Shown here: one piece after another, positions 10,272 through 17,924 of the stretch
Position numbering within the stretch: the first letter of the stretch is position 1
How the letters are laid out: every line of letters begins with the position of its first letter
Source of the DNA: an uncultured bacterium
Lineage (GTDB): Bacteria; Actinomycetota; Acidimicrobiia; Spongiisociales; UBA5794
Reading direction: 5' to 3'
DNA: 64,000 bases
Assembly: GCA_963801165.1 (NCBI GenBank)
Contig: CAWDDT010000005.1
Span: 576,001 to 640,000 of the forward strand
Translations under genes and position numbers: made by a program
Notes under the pieces: generated by a model
Seen by the model: the letters and a program-made list of their open reading frames with translations, nothing else
The model's database searches: none
What the model was told of the DNA's origin: nothing

Positions 10272-11525
10272 ATGATTGATCCACGTATTCTCCGAAACAC
10301 ACCGGAAGCACTCGAGACGTCGCTTCGTCGCCGCGGCATCGATCTCGACGTGGGTGCTCTGGTGGCTCTCGACGAGCGTCGCCGTGTCGAGCGTGCCGGC
10401 GCCGAGCAGATTCGGTCCGAACAGAGGGACGTGGGCAAGTCTGTCGCCGGGCTCCAGGGTGACGAGAAACAGGCCGCGATCGCCAGAGCGAGCGAGCTGT
10501 CGACCGCCTACAAGGAGGCGCTTGCAGTCGCCGACGCTGCCGATGAGGAGTTCAACGAGACGTGGGCGACGCTTCCCAACCTGGTCGATCCCACCGCAGC
10601 CGACGGCACCGCAGAGGAGGACGCCGAGACCCTGCGTACCTGGGGTGAGCCGCCGCAGGGCGAGTTCCTCGACCATGTCGAGCTGGGCGAGAAGCACGGG
10701 TTCCTCGACATCGAGCGCGCCTCGAAGGTCTCGGGGAGCCGGTTCGGCTACATCCTCGGGCCGCTCGTCCGTCTCGAGTTCGGTCTCGTCAACTACGCCC
10801 TCGACACGCTCGAGCCGCACGGTTTCATCCCGGTGCTGCCACCGGTGCTGGTGCGGGAGATGGCGTTGTACGGCACTGGTTTTTTCCCGGGAGACCGGGA
10901 GCAGGTGTACTCGCTGCCGGACGACGATCTATTTCTGGTTGGGACCTCGGAGGTGGCCCTGGCCGCGATGCATGCCGACGAGATCCTCGATCCCGAGGTG
11001 CTTCCGATGCGCTACGCCGGGTTCTCGACGTGTTTCCGCCGGGAGTCGGGCACCTACGGCAAGGACACGCGCGGCATCTTCCGGGTTCACCAGTTCGACA
11101 AAGTGGAGATGTTCTCGTTCGTTCATCCCGATACAGCCGGGGACGAGCACGACTTCCTGCTCGCCCGGGAGGAGGAACTGGTGCAGGGTCTCGGCATCCC
11201 ATACCGGGTGATGAACATCGCGGCTGGTGATCTGGGTGCGTCGGCCGCCAAGAAGTACGACATCGAGGCGTGGTTCCCCGGGCAGGGACGGTACCGGGAG
11301 ATCACTTCGACCTCGAACACAACCGACTACCAGGCACGCCGGCTCAAGATCCGGTTCCATGGTGATGAGGGCAACGAGCTGGTGCACACGCTCAATGGCA
11401 CCGCCATCGCCATGGGCCGCTGGCTGATCGCCATCGTCGAGAACTACCAGCAGCCGGATGGGACGATCCTGGTGCCCGACGTGCTCCGCAAGTACGTCGG
11501 CTTCGAAACGATCGGCGCGGTTTGA
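10272..11525 (+). CDS. serS: Serine--tRNA ligase
   Basis: GTSEV, CFRRESG.YGKDTRGIFRVHQFDKVEM, EITSTSN.TDYQARR and HTLNGT. Confidence 0.98.
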   Translation: MIDPRILRNTPEALETSLRRRGIDLDVGALVALDERRRVERAGAEQIRSEQRDVGKSVAGLQGDEKQAAIARASELSTAYKEALAVADAADEEFNETWATLPNLVDPTAADGTAEEDAETLRTWGEPPQGEFLDHVELGEKHGFLDIERASKVSGSRFGYILGPLVRLEFGLVNYALDTLEPHGFIPVLPPVLVREMALYGTGFFPGDREQVYSLPDDDLFLVGTSEVALAAMHADEILDPEVLPMRYAGFSTCFRRESGTYGKDTRGIFRVHQFDKVEMFSFVHPDTAGDEHDFLLAREEELVQGLGIPYRVMNIAAGDLGASAAKKYDIEAWFPGQGRYREITSTSNTTDYQARRLKIRFHGDEGNELVHTLNGTAIAMGRWLIAIVENYQQPDGTILVPDVLRKYVGFETIGAV

Positions 11526-12148
11526 GCAACGGGTCGGTCTTCACCGACATTGCCGGCAAGTACGACCGGATCAATCGCGTCCTGTCGCTTGGACGCGACC
11601 AGGCATGGCGGCGGCGAGTCGTCGACTTCCTGCCCGCCGGCAGGCTGCTCGATCTCGGTGCCGGCACCGGCGCCGCCAACCCGGTTTTCGGTGAAAGGGA
11701 GGTCGTCGCACTCGATCCGTCGCGGGCCATGCTGTCGCACAACACTGCCGGCAGGCGCATTGTCGCGGTGGGTGAGAGCCTGCCGTTCGACGATGACGCA
11801 TTCGATGCAGTGTTCTCTGCCTATGTGGTCCGCAACCTCGATTCGGTTGAGGGCACCGTCGCCGAAGCGGCCCGGGTGTTGCGCCCGGGTGGCCGGCTCG
11901 GCATCGTCGGACTGAGCCGTCCCCGCAACCGGTATGCGGCGGTGCTGCACCGCACCGGGTCGTCGCTGTTACTTCCGGTCGTGGGGACCCTCGCCGGCAA
12001 CCGCGACGAGTACGTCTATCTCAACCGCTCCCTGGACAAGCTGCCGCCGCCCGAGGAGATCTACGCCAGTACACCGCTGCGTCGGGTCGCTCTGTGGCGG
12101 ATGGGCCAGCTCGGTTTTGTCTACGGCGTTGTCTTGGAGAAGGTGTGA
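11522..12148 (+). CDS. Class I SAM-dependent methyltransferase (UbiE/MenG-like)
   Basis: F..IA.KYDRIN..LSLG.D..WR, LDLGAGTG and LPF.D..FD. Confidence 0.8.
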   Translation: MSNGSVFTDIAGKYDRINRVLSLGRDQAWRRRVVDFLPAGRLLDLGAGTGAANPVFGEREVVALDPSRAMLSHNTAGRRIVAVGESLPFDDDAFDAVFSAYVVRNLDSVEGTVAEAARVLRPGGRLGIVGLSRPRNRYAAVLHRTGSSLLLPVVGTLAGNRDEYVYLNRSLDKLPPPEEIYASTPLRRVALWRMGQLGFVYGVVLEKV

Positions 12149-12213
12149 TCCCCGGGCCGGACGTTTCTGTGCAGCGGAAACTCGAAGTTGTCCGGGCATT
12201 GATGTGTCAATGT

Positions 12214-12484
12214 GCCGTGCACCCGCCGTCGGGCGCGATGCGTGCGGCGCAGCCGGGGGGTCGACTCCAGCCAGGCTGCCCTGCGGCACCCGGGTACAAA
12301 CCGCTTAGGGCTGCTTCCTTCCGGACCTGACCCGGTTCACGGCGCCCCGCCGCGCAGGACCCAGCCATCAACATCGACACATCCCGGTGCTAGACCCGCA
12401 AACACCCCACCCTCGGGCGGGAATTCAGCCCCGCGTGAGAGGGTTTCGGGTTCAGGGCACCCCTAGCGCCCCACCTAGCACGGC
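12214..12484 (-). ncRNA. ffs: Signal recognition particle RNA, large (Alu-domain) type
   Basis: Minus strand has helix 8 GGGTCAGGTCCGGAAGGAAGCAGCCC. The ends GCCGTGC/GCACGGC pair. Length ~270 nt; near tadA and tRNA-Ser. Confidence 0.93.
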
Positions 12485-12557
12485 AAGGCGCAATGGTAAC
12501 CACTTCAGGAACGCTTTGAACAGCCGACGCCTTCGGAGTGCTAACTTCACATGCCCA

Positions 12558-12647
12558 GGAGGGATCGCATAGTTTGGCCTAGTGCGCGCGCCTGGAAAGC
12601 GCGTAAGCGGTTATCCCGCTTCGTGGGTTCAAATCCCACTCCCTCCG
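12558..12647 (+). tRNA. tRNA-Ser(GGA)
   Basis: GGAGGGA/TCCCTCC acceptor, CGCGC-CTGGAAA-GCGCG anticodon arm, long variable arm. Confidence 0.95.
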
Positions 12648-12781
12648 CGTTAGAAGCCCAGTACCAGGTGGGCTTCCAGGCGTCGACTCACGCTTCCACC
12701 TGGGAGGCTTGCCGCTGATTCGCGAGCGGAGCCCAGGCTGAGCCCGACCGAACGTAAAGAGGGGAGGGACGACGACTTCAC

Positions 12782-13744
12782 TTACGGGTTGCCGTGCGCA
12801 TAGAACGAGAGATATTCGGGAAGGTTCGATCGCCAGTAGCCGAAGCTGTGGGTGCCGTCGCGAACTTCGAGTCGCACGTCGACGCCGAGGTCTGACAGCA
12901 GCCGGGCCATTTCCTCTGTGGGCTCGAGGAAGCCCCACTCGTCCTGAGCCCCGACGTCGAGATAGACCGCCAGACCGGCGAGGTTTGCCTTCTCCGCGAT
13001 CAGGAAGGGGTCGCGAGTGTCGAGTGCTACGTCGGGCGGATACAGCCACGTGAAGTCGCGGTCGCGGATAAGAGCCGGCGAGTGGCCACCGACCCGGGAG
13101 AACAACCCGGGGTGGCGGAAGGCCAGATGGATGGCGGCGAAACCGCCCATGGAGATCCCGCCGACATACCGGTCGGCGCGGTCTGTAATCGTCTCGTAGT
13201 TGGTGTCGATGTAGTCGATGAGGTCGACGGCGAGGAAATCCTCGTAGTGGTTCCCGTCGTAGTGGACTAAAGGCCCGTTGGGCACTTCGACCAGCGCCGA
13301 CTCCTCGTTGTTCACCCCGAAGCTGTTGTCGATATCGGGCATCACGATGAGCAGAGGCCGTATCGAGCCGTCTGCGATCAGCTGGTCGGCGACGTCGGAT
13401 AGCCCGAGGTTGAGCCACATACGGTTGTTCTCTTGTTGGCCGTGGAGCAGGTACACGACAGGGAGAGGGCCGGAATCCGGGTAGCCGGCCGGCGTGTAGA
13501 TCGTCACCTCCTGATCGTGGCCGAGGGCGGCGCTCGGCACCGATACATCGAGTACCGACCCGAATTGCGGCTGCGATGTCGTTGTCGAAGAACTGGGAAG
13601 AGTGGTGGGCGAAGTTGGCTCTGTCGCGGTGGTGGGCGCGCTCGTGGCCGGCGGCTGAGTCGGCGTGGTTGTTGCCGCCTGGCCTGCGGCACATGCCACC
13701 ACGGCCACCGCAAGCATTGTGGTCGTCAGCTTTGTTCTGATCAT
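12782..13744 (-). CDS. Secreted/lipoprotein alpha/beta-hydrolase esterase
   Basis: Signal peptide with Cys, Thr-rich linker, YLLHG, GISMGG nucleophile elbow and H..YW. Confidence 0.85.
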   Translation of the reverse strand: MIRTKLTTTMLAVAVVACAAGQAATTTPTQPPATSAPTTATEPTSPTTLPSSSTTTSQPQFGSVLDVSVPSAALGHDQEVTIYTPAGYPDSGPLPVVYLLHGQQENNRMWLNLGLSDVADQLIADGSIRPLLIVMPDIDNSFGVNNEESALVEVPNGPLVHYDGNHYEDFLAVDLIDYIDTNYETITDRADRYVGGISMGGFAAIHLAFRHPGLFSRVGGHSPALIRDRDFTWLYPPDVALDTRDPFLIAEKANLAGLAVYLDVGAQDEWGFLEPTEEMARLLSDLGVDVRLEVRDGTHSFGYWRSNLPEYLSFYAHGNP

Positions 13745-13802
13745 GTCGCGATGATTGTCGTGGCTTCACATGCCAGCGCAAGGACCCGACTGTCGCGGTA
13801 AC

Positions 13803-14279
13803 GTGGCTTGTCTGATCGAGGAAGCAGCCATCGACTACGAAACACCAATGAAGCGAGCGCTGGTTGAGGCGCGTGCTGCCCAAGAGCACGACGATGTCCC
13901 GATTGGTGCCGTTCTCCTCGATGGCGGCGGTGCGGTTGTGGCTGCAGATCACAACCGCCGTGAGGAGCGGTCGGATGCCACCGCCCACGCCGAGATGCTC
14001 GTCCTGTCCGCGGCGTCGCAAGCCCGGGGGAACTGGCGGCTGGATGGCCACACCCTCGTCGTCACCCTCGAGCCGTGCCCGATGTGTGCCATGGCGGCAG
14101 TGTGGGCTCGGGTACAGCACATCGTGTATGCGGTCGCCGATCTCAAGGGCGGCGGGGTGTGGAGCCTCTACAACATCCCGCAGGACGAGCGACTCAACCA
14201 TCGCTGCGAGGTCACCGCCGGTGTCTGTGAGATCGAGTCGCGGCAATTGCTCGAGGGTTTCTTTGCAGAGCGCCGCTGA
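13803..14279 (+). CDS. tadA: tRNA adenosine deaminase (start uncertain)
   Basis: VPIGAV, AHAE, TLEPCPMC and LNH motifs. Confidence 0.9.
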   Translation: MACLIEEAAIDYETPMKRALVEARAAQEHDDVPIGAVLLDGGGAVVAADHNRREERSDATAHAEMLVLSAASQARGNWRLDGHTLVVTLEPCPMCAMAAVWARVQHIVYAVADLKGGGVWSLYNIPQDERLNHRCEVTAGVCEIESRQLLEGFFAERR

Positions 14280-16023
14280 TCGCCGTCGTCACCAGCGGGT
14301 CGGCGTCGGATGGTTTGCCGTCCTTGCGGTGGTACTCGCTGGTTGCACGTCCGCGAGCGTGCCGACGACGACTTCTGTGGTTTCCACCGTCACCTCGTCG
14401 ACAACCACGACGGCCTCGACAACGACTGCGGTCGCCGGCACGACCAGTACTCAGACCAGTACCACGGTTCCGGAACGCCAAGCCCATTGGATCACGGTCG
14501 CGGGTGATCGATTCGTTGACGCCCGGACAGGCTCAGAGTTCGTCCCCGTTGGCGTGAACCTCCTGATGAAGCTGGGTGGGGGCGGCCCCGACCGCATGTT
14601 CGAGGCTTACAACCCCGACTGGGTCGATGAGCAGCTGGACGGGATCGCCGCACTCGATTTCAACACTGTTCGTGTCTTCTTGGACATGTGCATGCAATGC
14701 ACGTCGACCAGTAGCGGCATTCGTGACGACTACCTGGACCACCTGGCCGATCTGCTCACCCGCATCGAGGCCCATGGGCTCGTCGTATTGCCCACCAGCA
14801 ACGATGTCCCGGACCCGGGCTACAGCGAACGTCTGCCCTGCTGCGAGCCGTTTGGCGGCTACCGCAACTCCCTGTACCTCACGTCGCAGGGGCACCAGAT
14901 TGCGTCCCAGTATTGGACCGATCTCATCACCGGTCTAGAGCAACGCGGCGCCCCCACCCACAACATCCTGGGCTGGGAGCTCGCCAACGAGCAGTTCGTG
15001 CTTCGTTCGGTCCCGCCGATCTCGCTGTCCGAAGGAACGGTGACAACTGCAGACGGGAAGACATACGACCTCACCGACGACTCCGCCGTTGCCGAGATGG
15101 TCACCAGCAACTTGCGCTCGTACATAACCGACGTCGGTGACACCGTCCGGAGTCTGGACCCTGGTGCCCTTGTCACCATGGGCTTCTTCTCTTCCGACCA
15201 GCCTGATGCCGGCCGGATTGCCAACGACGACAGATGGGTCGTCCCCGACGACATCCTTGCCGAGTCCACGCTCGATTTTGTCGACCTGCATGCCTATCCC
15301 GGCTTCGGGGGCAGATGGGATGCCATCGGTGCCGCGTTCGGCCTTACCGGCAAGACGTCCGACTTCCCCGTCATCCTCGGCGAGTTCGGCGCCTTCGAGG
15401 AGGCCTACCCGGACGCGGAGGATGGAGCGGCCGCGATGGCACGGTGGCAAGCAGCATCGTGTGACCACGGGTTCAGCGGCTGGCTGCTCTGGTTCTGGGG
15501 AGCGGACAAAGATGACGAGGTGATTCCCGTCGAGACCAACGACGCCGCCATCGCCCGGGCAATCTCGCCGCAGATCCGACCCGACCCCTGCGACGCAGGA
15601 CCGTACGAGAGCAGCAACTTCGCACTGGACCGCCCGGTCACGGCTTCGGCCCAGGAGAACGAGGAATACGGGGTGGCGAACCTCGTCGATGGCAGCGACG
15701 CGACGTGGTGGAGCGCAGGCGCCGAGCCACCGCAGTGGGCAGAGGTGGATCTGGAGCAAGATCGCACCGTTGCCAGAGCGGAGATCCTGATCGGGCATGT
15801 CTCTCCACCGGGTCCGCAGACACATCGCATTTGGGTGCGCGGTGCCGATGAGGACGGCCCGGGGACTCTCGCCGGGGAGGTAACGGCTGATGCGAAGAGC
15901 GGTGATGTGCTGGTCGTCGACTTCGACCCGATCCCCGGTGTGCGGTACGTGCGGGTGGAGACGGTATCCGCCGACGGCTGGGTGATTCTCCACGAGTTGC
16001 GGGTGTTCGGGCCGGAAGACTGA
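14263..16023 (+). CDS. Lipoprotein glycoside hydrolase (GH5-like) with C-terminal discoidin/F5-8 domain
   Basis: Lipobox LAGC, Thr-rich linker, FNTVRVF, WELANE and VILGEFG catalytic Glu motifs, C-terminal N.A..RPVTAS...DG...TWW. TTG start inferred. Confidence 0.75.
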   Translation: MQSAADRRRHQRVGVGWFAVLAVVLAGCTSASVPTTTSVVSTVTSSTTTTASTTTAVAGTTSTQTSTTVPERQAHWITVAGDRFVDARTGSEFVPVGVNLLMKLGGGGPDRMFEAYNPDWVDEQLDGIAALDFNTVRVFLDMCMQCTSTSSGIRDDYLDHLADLLTRIEAHGLVVLPTSNDVPDPGYSERLPCCEPFGGYRNSLYLTSQGHQIASQYWTDLITGLEQRGAPTHNILGWELANEQFVLRSVPPISLSEGTVTTADGKTYDLTDDSAVAEMVTSNLRSYITDVGDTVRSLDPGALVTMGFFSSDQPDAGRIANDDRWVVPDDILAESTLDFVDLHAYPGFGGRWDAIGAAFGLTGKTSDFPVILGEFGAFEEAYPDAEDGAAAMARWQAASCDHGFSGWLLWFWGADKDDEVIPVETNDAAIARAISPQIRPDPCDAGPYESSNFALDRPVTASAQENEEYGVANLVDGSDATWWSAGAEPPQWAEVDLEQDRTVARAEILIGHVSPPGPQTHRIWVRGADEDGPGTLAGEVTADAKSGDVLVVDFDPIPGVRYVRVETVSADGWVILHELRVFGPED

Positions 16024-16101
16024 AGACGTCGTTGCGAGCGACCGATGACAGTGCCGCGGGACTGGTTACAATCTCGCCGGTTGGCGACTCGATCGCCACG
16101 A

Positions 16102-16190
16102 GGAGAGATGGCCGAGCGGACGAAGGCGACGGTCTCGAAAACCGTTGAATCCTGTTTGGGGTTCCGTGGGTTCAAATCCCACTCTCTCCG
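16102..16190 (+). tRNA. tRNA-Ser(CGA)
   Basis: GGAGAGA/TCTCTCC acceptor and ACGGT-CTCGAAA-ACCGT anticodon arm. Confidence 0.95.
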
Positions 16191-16279
16191 CTCTCCTTCC
16201 CCCAGCCGAGCCGGGGGAAGGTACCCGGTGGCGCAGCCGCTAGGTGGTTCCGATCTGGGGGAAGCGCTCCACAGCTCAT

Positions 16280-16363
16280 GGAGGGATGGCCGAGCGGACG
16301 AAGGCGACGGTCTTGAAAACCGTTGAGGTAACACCTCCGTGGGTTCGAATCCCACTCCCTCCG
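16280..16363 (+). tRNA. tRNA-Ser(TGA), integration target
   Basis: GGAGGGA/TCCCTCC acceptor and ACGGT-CTTGAAA-ACCGT anticodon arm. Confidence 0.95.
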
Positions 16364-16364
16364 C
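16307..16364 (+). repeat. attL (3' part of tRNA-Ser)
   Basis: ACGGTCTTGAAAAC...CCCACTCCCTCCGC, repeated at 35961. Confidence 0.92.
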
Positions 16365-16367
16365 TTA

Positions 16368-16398
16368 GCGAAAAGCCCTGCTACACAGGGCTTCTCGC
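16368..16398. terminator. Hairpin between the tRNA and the integrase 3' end
   Basis: GCGAAAAGCCCTG-CTACA-CAGGGCTTCTCGC. Confidence 0.55.
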
Positions 16399-17601
16399 TG
16401 TATGCGAGTCGATCGGCAGCACCGCCGCAGCGGCCCCCGGGGCGCGCTCGGGGCGCGATAGGGGCGCGGGAGAATCGCTCGAGCTTTGATGGGGGCGCAT
16501 CTGGGGCGGTGTGGTGGCGGCGATGTAGCGACGGTCGAGCGCATCGGAGAGGGCATCGAGGTCGTCTTCGTAGAGGTGTCCGTATAGGTCGAGCGTCATC
16601 GCTGCTGAGGCGTGACCGAGCTGACGCTGTACCGCTTTGATGTTGGCGCCGGACGAGATCATGAGTGAGGCGGCGGTGCCGCGTAGGTCGTGGATGCGGA
16701 GTTGCTCGAGGCCTGCTGTTTCGATGGCCGGTACCCAGACGGCCTGCCGGAACGGGGAGGAGCGGAGTGGGCCGCCTTTTGGTGCGGTGAAGACGAGCCC
16801 GTCGTCGGTGATGGTGCCGAGGTGTGCGGCGAGACGATCGGCGAGGAATGCAGGCATGGTGACGAGACGCCGTTCGTGGGTTTTGGGTGTTCCCCACGAG
16901 AGACCCGACCCGAGTTCGGTTGCTGATTCGGCGATCTCGATGCGACGCCGCAGCAGGTGGATACGTGGTCGCCGCAAGGCGACGAGTTCGCCCCATCGCA
17001 TCCCGACCCATGCCAGGGTCTCGATGATGAGCCCGGATCCGGTCTGAGTGTTCTCGGCGGCTGCGGCGAGGGCGGTGACTTGTTCGGCGGTGAGGAAGCG
17101 CTGCTCGCGGCGCCGCACCGTCCGGACCTTCACCCCGGAGGTTGGGTCGCGGGCCAGGATCCCGTCGTTGACGGCCAGCTTGAGCGGTGCTGATAGGACT
17201 TGTTTGGCTTGTTTGATCCGTGACGCAGAGAGCCCGCCGGTGGTCATGTCGGCGATCCATTCCCGCACCATGGCCGGCGAGATGCGGTTGACCGGCAGAT
17301 CCCCGAACACGGGTAGCACGCGTGAGCGGAGCAGCGACTCGTACCCGGCCCGGGTTTTGGGTTTGATGTCCAACCCGGAGAGCCAGGCGTCGGCGGCTTC
17401 GGCGAGTGGGATGTCTCCGGCTTCGGGAGCGATCCAATCGCCCCGGTCGATTGACCCGAGCCTGGCAACCAGCCAACGGTCGGCGTCGACTTTCCGGTCG
17501 AAGCTACGAGAGCGGATGCGTCCGTCGGGACCTCGATAGCGGGCTCGCCAGCGTCTACCGGTTCGTCCCTGCCGGTCTTCGATCCAACCGGAGCGTCTCA
17601 T
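16381..17601 (-). CDS. Tyrosine recombinase / phage-type integrase
   Basis: GMRWGEL, HDLR, LGH and LDLY catalytic motifs. Arm-binding-like N-terminus WRARYR; SD before ATG 17601. Confidence 0.95.
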   Translation of the reverse strand: MRRSGWIEDRQGRTGRRWRARYRGPDGRIRSRSFDRKVDADRWLVARLGSIDRGDWIAPEAGDIPLAEAADAWLSGLDIKPKTRAGYESLLRSRVLPVFGDLPVNRISPAMVREWIADMTTGGLSASRIKQAKQVLSAPLKLAVNDGILARDPTSGVKVRTVRRREQRFLTAEQVTALAAAAENTQTGSGLIIETLAWVGMRWGELVALRRPRIHLLRRRIEIAESATELGSGLSWGTPKTHERRLVTMPAFLADRLAAHLGTITDDGLVFTAPKGGPLRSSPFRQAVWVPAIETAGLEQLRIHDLRGTAASLMISSGANIKAVQRQLGHASAAMTLDLYGHLYEDDLDALSDALDRRYIAATTPPQMRPHQSSSDSPAPLSRPERAPGAAAAVLPIDSHTARSPV

Positions 17602-17924
17602 AAGGTTCTCCCTCCCTACGTCTCGATGCTGCATCTACTCGTATCCATAACACGGAATCCGGTGTGGCGGGCTGTCGATCCATCGCCGGCCACAACTCTG
17701 AGACGGTATGACGGCGAGTTCACGTTTCTCATCATTGCTCATCATCTCTCATTAGTTTGCATTACTTATACACCATCAATGTTGTATAAGAGTTATGATA
17801 GTCGAAGGAACCGAACCCGTACCGAGAATTCTTTCATGACCCCAGCCACCAACCCGCAGCGACCCCTCAGATTCTTTGAGGACAGACGAGTGCACACCTG
17901 TGGTGACAGAGTGGAGGTGGCACT

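Noticed and set aside
13864-14262. N-terminal extension of the GH5-like ORF overlapping tadA
   Set aside because: The signal peptide and lipobox place the real start near 14263.
17635-17742. Excisionase upstream of the integrase
   Set aside because: Only a 35-aa ORF with no helix-turn-helix pattern.
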